Of a stretch of 64,000 bases of DNA, positions 19,382 to 28,090 are shown piece after piece; positions within the stretch are counted from its first letter, which is position 1; each line of letters opens with the position of its first letter. The notes under the pieces are model-generated. The model did no database searches, was not told the DNA's origin, and was given only the letters and a program-made list of their open reading frames with translations. The position numbers and the translations under genes are program-made. The DNA is taken from assembly GCA_048884965.1 (NCBI GenBank), contig JBHLQH010000001.1:32001-96000 (forward strand), read 5' to 3'. This DNA comes from Candidatus Thorarchaeota archaeon (GTDB taxonomy: Archaea > Asgardarchaeota > Thorarchaeia > Thorarchaeales > Thorarchaeaceae).

Positions 19382-20041
19382 TCAATCAATCTTCTTCTTT
19401 TCATCGACAAAATCCTTGTCGAAATCCTCTTTGATTTTCTGAATCTTCTTGAGATGCTCTTCTTCTGCCTTCTTTGCTTCCAATCTATCTCGTGCAACAT
19501 CAATCCATTGTAACACTCTATGTGCCAGCTGAGGTTTCAACTGCATAGCGAGTTCCGCATACGCTATAGCCCTCTCATCATCTTCTTCAATGAAGTGACA
19601 ATTAGCCTTATTATAGAAAGCCTCCGCATATGTAGGATGCAGCGCTACTGCTCGTGTATATGCTTCCAGAGCCTTTTGTCCTTGTGTAAGTCGGGAGTAG
19701 CAGTTGCCCAGGTTATTCCATCCTTCTGGATCCTCTGGGTTGATTTCGAGCGCTTTCTCATAGCATACTTGTGCTGCCTTGAAATCTGCTAGATTATAAA
19801 GTGAATTCGCTTTGTTGAACCATATCTCGAAAATTCCATTATCGATTGAGAGAGCTTCATCATATGCAATAACGGCTTCTTCGTCCCTATTCAATTCACT
19901 CAAAACATATCCCAAGTTATACCATCCTTCAAGAGACTCAGGATGTGACTCGAGGAAGTCTTTGAGTACTTTCTCTGCCTCTTTATGCTCTCCTTTCTCT
20001 ATCAGAAGAATAGCATTATCAATGGGATTATTGTCAATCAT
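19382..20041 (-). CDS. Tetratricopeptide repeat protein
   Basis: Repeated WYNLG/WFNKA/WNNLG/FYNKA 34-aa TPR units. Confidence 0.92.
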   Translation of the reverse strand: MIDNNPIDNAILLIEKGEHKEAEKVLKDFLESHPESLEGWYNLGYVLSELNRDEEAVIAYDEALSIDNGIFEIWFNKANSLYNLADFKAAQVCYEKALEINPEDPEGWNNLGNCYSRLTQGQKALEAYTRAVALHPTYAEAFYNKANCHFIEEDDERAIAYAELAMQLKPQLAHRVLQWIDVARDRLEAKKAEEEHLKKIQKIKEDFDKDFVDEKKKID

Positions 20042-20086
20042 TAGGCACCCCCCTCTTTCTGAGGGGATAAGCCTTTGGAATCGTAC

Positions 20087-20524
20087 CTAATCTGTCTTTG
20101 CAGTTCTACGGGCAGCAATAGTGAGGAAAATTCCTATCCAACCCATCGTTTGAGCGGCGATAACAAGAAAGTCCCATGCTGCTGTAGCTCCTGAGAGCCA
20201 TATGAGCTCGACCAATTTGATTATCAATCCGATTAAGCTCATCCCAACTGCGATTCCAATAATGAACCTTCCAGTCCCAATTCTATCAGTCGTTAGCATA
20301 TAGCCTCCAATTATGGCTCCTATGCCTCCACTCAATGCTAGAATAGTTAGAATCCAGATCAATCCATTGACAATTGGAGTCATCGCTAGAAGCTCGGGGA
20401 TTTCTGTAATCAAATCCAAATATGCAAAGAATCCTATGCTTCCTGTTATTCCCTCTAAGAAGAGGATGATACCTCCAATCATTGCCAAGGCAAACGAGTG
20501 TTTATTCTTCAAATCAAATGCCAC
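20087..20524 (-). CDS. Hypothetical four-TM membrane protein
   Basis: 145 aa, Gly-rich hydrophobic helices. Confidence 0.78.
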   Translation of the reverse strand: MAFDLKNKHSFALAMIGGIILFLEGITGSIGFFAYLDLITEIPELLAMTPIVNGLIWILTILALSGGIGAIIGGYMLTTDRIGTGRFIIGIAVGMSLIGLIIKLVELIWLSGATAAWDFLVIAAQTMGWIGIFLTIAARRTAKTD

Positions 20525-20547
20525 CGCAGAGAAATATTGGAGCTACC

Positions 20548-21429
20548 TTATCTTTCTGGCGCCATATCATCAAACTTGCTGTACGCCTTGCCTCTTCTGA
20601 ATGTCGATGGAACCAAGTTACAGCAATCGCGTAGCAATGTAATCGCGTTGTCAATTCCATCTCCGATCATCTGTGGAGAATGTGCATCAGATCCAACGGT
20701 AATAGTATCTATACCCCTTGAAACCAGACTTTGAATGAGGTCTTTCGATGGATGTGGCTCAACTTGTCCTTTTCTCCAAGAAGAAGTATTGACCTCGAAA
20801 CCTACATTATACTTCAGCATTTTCTTCGCGAGATCGTCGATGTGTGGTTTCCATAAATCAAAGATAGGCCTGCCATACGAATCTTCACCATATCTCCTGT
20901 AAAGGTCTAGATGTCCAAGGACATTGACCATTGAGGTTTCAACTGTGTCTTGTAGTATTGAGAAGTAAAGATTTCCCATCTCTTCAAGGGTATATCGAGA
21001 GTAGATTACCTCTGCATCTTCTTTCTTGGATATGGCTAAGTGATCAATTAGATGCATCGAACCAATAACAAGATCCCATTCCGCCCGCATGAAACTTTCT
21101 GATAGATTGTCAATGACCCCTGGGTAGATATCCAACTCTGCACCCATCAATACGACTAGCCCAATTTCCGAGTACTTGTCTCCTGCAGTTCGTATTGCAT
21201 TTTCATAATCCTCAATCCACTCTTGAGAATGGACATCTATTGCTCTACCATTGACCGAAATGACACAATCTTCTGTTACTGGATCCGTATCGACGTGAGT
21301 TGTGAATGCGATCTCTTTCAGACCTTTTTTGACCGCCTCACTACAAAACTCCTCGATTGAGCCAATGGCATCAAAGGAATAATTCGGGTGAATATGGTAG
21401 TCGATCATTGGAAGATCAATCCTGTCCAT
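20548..21429 (-). CDS. Histidinol-phosphatase HisJ family (PHP domain)
   Basis: DYHIH, GSMH, GHLD, EVNT, GSDAH metal-binding motifs. Confidence 0.85.
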   Translation of the reverse strand: MDRIDLPMIDYHIHPNYSFDAIGSIEEFCSEAVKKGLKEIAFTTHVDTDPVTEDCVISVNGRAIDVHSQEWIEDYENAIRTAGDKYSEIGLVVLMGAELDIYPGVIDNLSESFMRAEWDLVIGSMHLIDHLAISKKEDAEVIYSRYTLEEMGNLYFSILQDTVETSMVNVLGHLDLYRRYGEDSYGRPIFDLWKPHIDDLAKKMLKYNVGFEVNTSSWRKGQVEPHPSKDLIQSLVSRGIDTITVGSDAHSPQMIGDGIDNAITLLRDCCNLVPSTFRRGKAYSKFDDMAPER

Positions 21430-21462
21430 TTACTTTATTCTACTTATTGTTCGGGGAATGTA

Positions 21463-22683
21463 CTACTCTTCAATCGCTAGGACAACAGGGGATTCACTTG
21501 TCTTGGGAGCGTCCTTCAGAAATAGTGCTGTAATGGCTGCTAGACCTGATACAACAACCAGGAATACTATTGAGGTAGCTAGTCCATAGACATCTCCAAT
21601 CCATCCAAAAACTGCTGGAGACACTGCTCCAGGAATGGCACCGATTGAGAAGAGGAGTCCGAAAGCAAGTCCTTGCTTTTCAGTTGGAGAAACCTCGGTT
21701 TCAAATGCTTGCCCCGGAGGAACACCAAAGAAGTAGATGAACCCTATTCCGACCAGTACTAGAATGAGAGGTAACGGATCAAGTGAGAGGTTTAGCAATA
21801 AGAACAGAGGGACCATGCTTAGTACTGACAGGAACATATATGGTACTCTACTTCCAGACCTGTCAGAAATTGGAGCAGATACAAGCTCTCCAAAGAGACC
21901 TGCTGTCAACATGATTGCTGTAAGAGACCCTGCCCATACAGGCTCATAGCCATAACTATCAACAAGATAGATTGGCATCATGAGCGTAGTGCATCTGAAT
22001 GGAATACCTCTCAGGCCCATGAATAATATTACGACGAAGAAGTTACGCGTCCAGCCAACCTGTTCCTTTTGCTCATTGTCATTTCCATTGGCGATATCAA
22101 TTCGTGTTTGATTATCGGCGTATCTCATGAGTACGAGAATTGGGAAGAATATGGCAATGCCCATCAGACCAAGTGTGAAGAGAGGTTCTCGCCATCCGCC
22201 AAAGAGAACGAGAAGGGAAACACCAAGGAAGGGGATGATTGCCATTCCAATCAGTCCACCTGCTGCATTGAAGCCAACGGCTTTCGCTCGTGCTGTCTTT
22301 GGGAATTTCGCTGAGATTGCAGGGAATGCGGATGGATGGTAGCCCGAAACTGCCAAACCAAGAGCTATTTGCGTACCTAGAAGGAACACGAAGCTAGTGG
22401 CGAAGCTTTCAACAAGCATCACCAAGCCTGATAGAATGACGCTAACGGATATGAAGAGATCTCGTAGACCTTTATCTCCAAGATATCCTACAATTAGGTG
22501 TGCAGAGGTCATAGTAACGATAACAGCACTAGTAAGAGTGCCTACCTCTGTCAGGGTGAGTGACAACTCATCTCGAATCAGTGGGAGAAATGGAGAGAGA
22601 GCTCCCGTGTACATGTGATTAATTAGATGTGACAATGTACATGCGATGAGCACACCATAGGAAGCCTTGGTTATCTTGGACAA
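21463..22683 (-). CDS. MFS transporter
   Basis: About 12 TM, GYLGDK motif A, YHP; likely TTG start at 22683 with GGAGA RBS (the ORF track extends to 22815). Confidence 0.88.
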   Translation of the reverse strand: MSKITKASYGVLIACTLSHLINHMYTGALSPFLPLIRDELSLTLTEVGTLTSAVIVTMTSAHLIVGYLGDKGLRDLFISVSVILSGLVMLVESFATSFVFLLGTQIALGLAVSGYHPSAFPAISAKFPKTARAKAVGFNAAGGLIGMAIIPFLGVSLLVLFGGWREPLFTLGLMGIAIFFPILVLMRYADNQTRIDIANGNDNEQKEQVGWTRNFFVVILFMGLRGIPFRCTTLMMPIYLVDSYGYEPVWAGSLTAIMLTAGLFGELVSAPISDRSGSRVPYMFLSVLSMVPLFLLLNLSLDPLPLILVLVGIGFIYFFGVPPGQAFETEVSPTEKQGLAFGLLFSIGAIPGAVSPAVFGWIGDVYGLATSIVFLVVVSGLAAITALFLKDAPKTSESPVVLAIEE

Positions 22684-22767
22684 ATCACAATAGTCTCCTG
22701 TGTTGGAGCCAGAGCCAGCACCTGAGATATGTAAATGTGATGATAAGGTCCATATCGAAGACGAATA

Positions 22768-22843
22768 GGGAAAAAGAAGGAAATATGCGGAAAGCTGATG
22801 ACTAGGTAAACCCAATCATCAGCACATCCGACTTCGACTCGGT
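22768..22843 (-). other. Structured intergenic element/terminator with U-rich tail
   Basis: GCTGATGA/TCATCAGC stem (22794-22823) extended by G-U pairs, followed on the minus strand by TTTCC...TTCTTTTT. Confidence 0.5.
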
Positions 22844-22927
22844 TTTTTGTATGTTAGGCTTGTACATCCTCCCTTTTAAACTTCCGAAACAAAGCAATCA
22901 AAGTGTGCAGGGAAGCACAATGGCACT

Positions 22928-24901
22928 CTAGAGAATATCAGAGAGCCAAAGACCAATTCTAAGCGCCAATAAGTCATCATCCAATGAGGCATAATTACCT
23001 CGAATTCCCCAATTATCAATGAAGAAATTGGTTCCAGTTATGACAAGTCTACCTCCTGCATTTCCTTCATAGCATGCAAGTACGGTATGTCCTGAGTAAC
23101 TTGCCAATCGGGTATAGCTTGCATTCGTTATCACAGAAGCACCCAGATAGTCGAAGGAATTTACTCCCGCCGTAATTGCGTGTGCATCTATTGAGGTTAC
23201 TTCGATTACGTTGCCTGTTGCTGGAATCGTGTTCGTAGTCATGGATGCTCCAGTCCACATCAGAAACTCGTTCAGTGATGATATATCCAAGGTTCGGTTG
23301 CTTAGTGCTGTGACAAAGATACCTCCACCATTCATGAAGTACTCTTCGTAAGCGTCTATCTCATCTGGAGTGAAGGGAATTGAGAATCTTGTTGGATTGG
23401 TATAATCAGTCTCATTTGTATCCCATGCGCATGGGTCCAAGAGAAATACTGCATCGAAATTAGACAAGTAGTCACTTGTAAGGTAACTTCTATCTCTAAT
23501 CTCTGTCACAGAAATATCGTTCTCAGAAAAATGAATGTAGAGTTCCTTGAACTGTCCATAGACAGTATCAATTGTCCAAGGAGTATGAGTGATATCAAAG
23601 GCGATTCGTGCTTCTGGACTTCGTGGAGATATATTGATTGCCAAAGAATCGCTTGAGTACTGATCAGCGAAGGTGATGGTTCCAATAATAAGATCTGATG
23701 CTGCAGGAACATGGATAGTGATAGGAACTAGTGCCGTTTGGTTTATCACCATACTTGTTGGCACCTCGACAATATCCTCTGAAATCCCTGATATGGAGAT
23801 ATCAAATATCGCAATGGTCGATGTTGTTATCTCTACCTCAAATGTATAGTTATCACCCAAGAATAGAGTTTCAAAATCCAGTGGTAGGGACTCAACATCG
23901 AGATATGTAAGACGTGGCAGATCATCGTGAATTGCTGCATCATCCAGAACGTTCTTTGATTCTTGTAGATTCGCCTTTCCAGCTCCCACAACATATTCGG
24001 GTTCATCAAGAGGTGTAGCTCCAGCCAGAAGAGCTGCTGTTATCGATCCCGGTGTGTATGAATAATCATTGGCAATGCAATGCTCAATGAGTTCTACAAC
24101 ATATGCTGCAATCTTGGGCGAAGCGAAGCTTGTACCGTAGTATATCGCACTTGTCGTTTCGACATAACCCTCTATTGCGATGTCTGGTTTCATGTACCTT
24201 TCCGCTGTTGGACCCCAACTTGAATAATAGGCTGCGACTCCGTTCTCATCCAAAGCTCCTACTGAGATTACCTTGGAGTAGACGCTTGGAGAGCTTATGC
24301 TTGTTCCTGGAAGGCCAGAATCGCCCTCATTGCCTGCCGCAGATACTACAATAACCCCTCTCGACCAAGCGTACTCAGCAACCGACTCAAGTGGGTCTCC
24401 TACAGTTGGCGAGGAACCAAGGCTAAGATTAATGATGCTGCAGTTTTGCTCAATCGCCCAATAGATTGCCGCGATCAGCGCCTCTGCAGTAGCGTATCCC
24501 GATGAGTCGATGACCTTTGCGACAACGATCCTTGCGCTATCACTATTTTGAACTAATGCACGAGTCACCATGGTGCCATGTCTGACATTATTCCCAGCTC
24601 CATCATCAGGATTCGAATCCGCAGTAGAAGTATCCGTGGTTTCATAGCCATACTGTGGAAGAATGAAACTCCGTTCAGCAACTACTCTCCCTGAAGTGGA
24701 GAAATCTTGGTCAAGTCCTGAATCAACAATTGCGACTCGAATGTTTCCATCAGTTGTAGGATTGATATTGAATGGAATGAGCTGGAAAATCGCAACTATT
24801 CCTGTTGAGATGACGATCAGTAAAATGATAATTACTGCAGCAATCTTTGTTCCAGTAGATTTAGTGGATTGCTCAGGTGGTGTATCCCAGTATAAGGCCA
24901 T
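22928..24901 (-). CDS. Membrane-anchored S8 subtilase with Ig-like and GATase-like (GldG/IFT52-type) C-terminal domains
   Basis: Triad IVDSG, RHGT, GTSFAS; oxyanion AAGNEG; N-terminal TM; C-terminal RIAFDITH...GGRLVITG. Confidence 0.9.
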   Translation of the reverse strand: MALYWDTPPEQSTKSTGTKIAAVIIILLIVISTGIVAIFQLIPFNINPTTDGNIRVAIVDSGLDQDFSTSGRVVAERSFILPQYGYETTDTSTADSNPDDGAGNNVRHGTMVTRALVQNSDSARIVVAKVIDSSGYATAEALIAAIYWAIEQNCSIINLSLGSSPTVGDPLESVAEYAWSRGVIVVSAAGNEGDSGLPGTSISSPSVYSKVISVGALDENGVAAYYSSWGPTAERYMKPDIAIEGYVETTSAIYYGTSFASPKIAAYVVELIEHCIANDYSYTPGSITAALLAGATPLDEPEYVVGAGKANLQESKNVLDDAAIHDDLPRLTYLDVESLPLDFETLFLGDNYTFEVEITTSTIAIFDISISGISEDIVEVPTSMVINQTALVPITIHVPAASDLIIGTITFADQYSSDSLAINISPRSPEARIAFDITHTPWTIDTVYGQFKELYIHFSENDISVTEIRDRSYLTSDYLSNFDAVFLLDPCAWDTNETDYTNPTRFSIPFTPDEIDAYEEYFMNGGGIFVTALSNRTLDISSLNEFLMWTGASMTTNTIPATGNVIEVTSIDAHAITAGVNSFDYLGASVITNASYTRLASYSGHTVLACYEGNAGGRLVITGTNFFIDNWGIRGNYASLDDDLLALRIGLWLSDIL

Positions 24902-25121
24902 GGTGATTCCTCAATGAATTGTCTATCCCGTCAAGGAGCCCAATCTAGGAAGATTGATGAACTTGTCGAACACGGAATTCGTACTCTTGAAGACTTATTA
25001 AGAAGCTTCAAAAGGTATTCCATCCATTCATCTAGTAGCTAGTGGTACGGAAGGGTTGATTACAAGATTATTTATCAATGCCAAATCATGCAAGCATAGT
25101 ATACTTTGTGAGGTACTGACA

Positions 25122-28073
25122 TTGTCTGAACAGCATTCCACCATTGTTGATGAATCAAAGATTATGAAATATCATGCGATGACTTCAGACGAAGTTCTTC
25201 AGGCTTTGTCAGTGAATCCTGAAATAGGTCTCACAGATGAAGAGATTCGGTCACGACAGGCGCAATACGGTCCTAATCAGATTCCGAAAATCAAAGGATC
25301 AATTTGGAAGATCTATATAGCTCCTATTCTTAACTGGCTGATTACAATCTACCTGCTCAGCTCTTTCGCCCTTGTTTTCCTAGCCCTCGCCTTTCCTACA
25401 GATCAATCACAGCTTGGTCAGGCGATATTCTGGCTGGCAATTGTTGCAGTGAATGCTATTGTCGCCATTTTCCAGCAGTATCGCGCACAGAAGAAATTAG
25501 AAGCTTTGGAAAAACTCTCTGCAGGTGATGCAAGAGTACTTCGAAATGGTGAGGAAACAACCATCGACCCTGTAGAAATCGTGCCTGGTGATGTCCTGAA
25601 ACTTGAGCAAGGGGATCGAATCCCTGCGGATGGCAGGATTATTACAAGTTCAAATCTATCAGCAAATGAAGCTTCTCTCACTGGTGAGAGTGTTCCGGTT
25701 GTCAAGAGTGCCTCATCACTTGCAGAAGATGGTGCTCCACTGACAGATATGCATAATATGCTCTTCTTTGGCACATACATTTCCACAGGAGTCGCAAAGG
25801 TTGTTGCCACTACTATTGGTGGATCAACCGAGATAGGGAAGATACAGGGCACCCTTGAGGAGCTAAATACTGGTGATATTCCCTTGAGAAAGAAGGTCAA
25901 TCTACTTGCAAAATATCTAGGGATTGCCGCTTTGGTTTTGATGTTTATTTCCATAACATGGGCAATTTTCTTTAGTCCATTGTTTACGGGTTCTGCAGGC
26001 ATTTCTGAATTCGACGCAATTATTGATACCATTGCAGCAGGGATAACAAAAGCAATGACCATCATGCCAATTAACATCCCTCTCCTAACAACAATTGTTC
26101 TCCTAACTGGCGTTCTGGCAATGGCAAAACGTGGTGTGATTATTCGTGATCTATCGGCAGTAGAAAGTCTAGGTCGGGTTAGTGTGATTTGCTCAGACAA
26201 GACTGGCACAATGACGAAGAATGAGATGATGGTTGAATATATCTGGGATACTGAGCGTCTTTACACTATTACTGGTGATGGATACGAACCTCGTGGGGAA
26301 ATATTGAAGCTGAAAGCAAATGCAAATAGTGAGGATTTGAGCTTGGAAAACGCTTCGCCCCTAGTTGGAGTCGAATCATATGATAATTTGAGGTTACTCC
26401 TTCTTTGTGGAGGGATCAATAATGATTCCGCACTTAGTGTAAAGGAGATTCCCGGTCAGGGCTTATCATATATCCCAATAGGTGATCCAACTGATGCAGC
26501 TCTTCTTACGTTATTCAGAAAGAGTGGTATTGATGAGGTAGAAGCAAAGGAGAAGTATCCCATAGTAATGGACTTTCCATTCGATTCTCAATTGAAGCGG
26601 ATGTCGAAAATCACTGGGTCTGAAACAAAGTATGTTCTATTCACTAAAGGCGCAACAGAGGTAGTGTTACCTCGTTGCACGCATTTCAATAATTCTGGAA
26701 AATCTGCAATCATAAACGATCCCATGATTAAGCAGATCACCACGCTCACTGAAGGTTTTGCATCCAAGGGATATCGAGTAATCTCACTTGCATATCGCTC
26801 GATGGATGATTTGCCATCAACTCATCATTTACGGGATGAGGTGGAGAAGAATCTTGTCTATCTAGGGTTTGCATGCATTGTTGACCCACCCAGAGATGGA
26901 GTCAAGGAAGCTGTGGATGAATGTCACAGTGCGGGAATTAATGTTATTATGATCACTGGTGATGCAGCTGCGACAGCGCAGACGATTGCGAAGAATTTGA
27001 ATATCTATGAGGAAAATTCTATTGCTGTCGAAGGTGGCGAAATTGGTACGCTTTCTGATGATGATTTCGCACGAGTCAATGTATTTGCCCGAGTCAATCC
27101 TGAGCACAAGCAGATAATCGTTGAACGATATCAGGATCAGCGAAAGGTTGTCGCAATGACAGGCGACGGCGTGAATGACGCTCTAGCTCTTGCAATGAGT
27201 GATGCAGGGATTGCGATGGGTATCACAGGGACCGATGTAGCGAAGGAAGCTGCTGATCTTGTAATCACAGATGATAGCTTCTCATCCATCGTCACTGGGG
27301 TTCATGAAGGTCGTGGTCTTTTCAACAAAATTAGAATGATGGTCTTCTTCTATATTGCCATCAACCTTTTCGAATCAGTGATTTTCTTTGGTGCACTTTT
27401 CCTCTTACCAGCAGGGTTCAATATGCTCACATCGTGGCAAAGTCTGCTTCTAGTAGCGACGACCCATTCTTTCCCCGGACTCGCGCTTGTCTTTGACAAA
27501 ACCTCACCAAGGGCAATGGAAGAGAAACCTCGTGATAGTGAGGATATAATAACGCGAAAACTCGCTAAGTTCATGGCAATTGGTGTTTTCCTAATGGTCA
27601 TTGGTGCTGCTATCGTTTACACTCTTGCTTTCAACGCTCAGCCTGGTGACCTCCTCTATGCTGTGCCTGAGAACCTCACTGGGTGGTATAATGAAGCATC
27701 AACTACTTTACCTGATGATTGGACCATTCAAACTGCAAAAGCTACGACTATGTTACTTACAATCATACTGATTTTTGAAAGCACTTTGGTGCTTATTATC
27801 AGAAGAATAAATCTGCCCTTCCACAAGTCAGTTTCTGAACCTGGTATAATCAGGTATGTTGTCTTGCTGGGTTTGATAGTCCTTGCATTCCTACTCTTAA
27901 TGTACGTCCCAGTGGCTCAGGAGATACTTGTAGGAGCCTTACCTGGATTTGAATTCTACTTCCTCCCCCTCACCACACTTGATTGGACGATTTGCATTCT
28001 CGCTACGCTTCCTGCGTTGATTGCACTTGAGGCATACAAAGCATCGTATCGAAGACGAGGAGAGCCACTATAG
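25122..28073 (+). CDS. P-type ATPase (P2A/SERCA-like scaffold, atypical transport site)
   Basis: TGES, DKTGT, KGA, DPPR, MITGD, TGDGVND motifs, about 10 TM; likely TTG start at 25122 with GAGGT RBS. Confidence 0.93.
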   Translation: MSEQHSTIVDESKIMKYHAMTSDEVLQALSVNPEIGLTDEEIRSRQAQYGPNQIPKIKGSIWKIYIAPILNWLITIYLLSSFALVFLALAFPTDQSQLGQAIFWLAIVAVNAIVAIFQQYRAQKKLEALEKLSAGDARVLRNGEETTIDPVEIVPGDVLKLEQGDRIPADGRIITSSNLSANEASLTGESVPVVKSASSLAEDGAPLTDMHNMLFFGTYISTGVAKVVATTIGGSTEIGKIQGTLEELNTGDIPLRKKVNLLAKYLGIAALVLMFISITWAIFFSPLFTGSAGISEFDAIIDTIAAGITKAMTIMPINIPLLTTIVLLTGVLAMAKRGVIIRDLSAVESLGRVSVICSDKTGTMTKNEMMVEYIWDTERLYTITGDGYEPRGEILKLKANANSEDLSLENASPLVGVESYDNLRLLLLCGGINNDSALSVKEIPGQGLSYIPIGDPTDAALLTLFRKSGIDEVEAKEKYPIVMDFPFDSQLKRMSKITGSETKYVLFTKGATEVVLPRCTHFNNSGKSAIINDPMIKQITTLTEGFASKGYRVISLAYRSMDDLPSTHHLRDEVEKNLVYLGFACIVDPPRDGVKEAVDECHSAGINVIMITGDAAATAQTIAKNLNIYEENSIAVEGGEIGTLSDDDFARVNVFARVNPEHKQIIVERYQDQRKVVAMTGDGVNDALALAMSDAGIAMGITGTDVAKEAADLVITDDSFSSIVTGVHEGRGLFNKIRMMVFFYIAINLFESVIFFGALFLLPAGFNMLTSWQSLLLVATTHSFPGLALVFDKTSPRAMEEKPRDSEDIITRKLAKFMAIGVFLMVIGAAIVYTLAFNAQPGDLLYAVPENLTGWYNEASTTLPDDWTIQTAKATTMLLTIILIFESTLVLIIRRINLPFHKSVSEPGIIRYVVLLGLIVLAFLLLMYVPVAQEILVGALPGFEFYFLPLTTLDWTICILATLPALIALEAYKASYRRRGEPL

Positions 28074-28090
28074 AGCATTTCAAGGGTAGT

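Noticed and set aside
19330-19503. Basic N-terminal extension of the 18778-19503 ORF
   Set aside because: It overlaps the upstream TPR gene in another frame; ATG 19329 is the plausible start.
22737-22801. C/D-box sRNA or fluoride riboswitch (GTGATGA...CTGA; GCTGATGA)
   Set aside because: No convincing C'/D' boxes, and no fluoride-riboswitch 5' stem or pseudoknot.
25418-26209. 263-aa antisense ORF
   Set aside because: Antisense shadow of the ATPase with no independent motifs.
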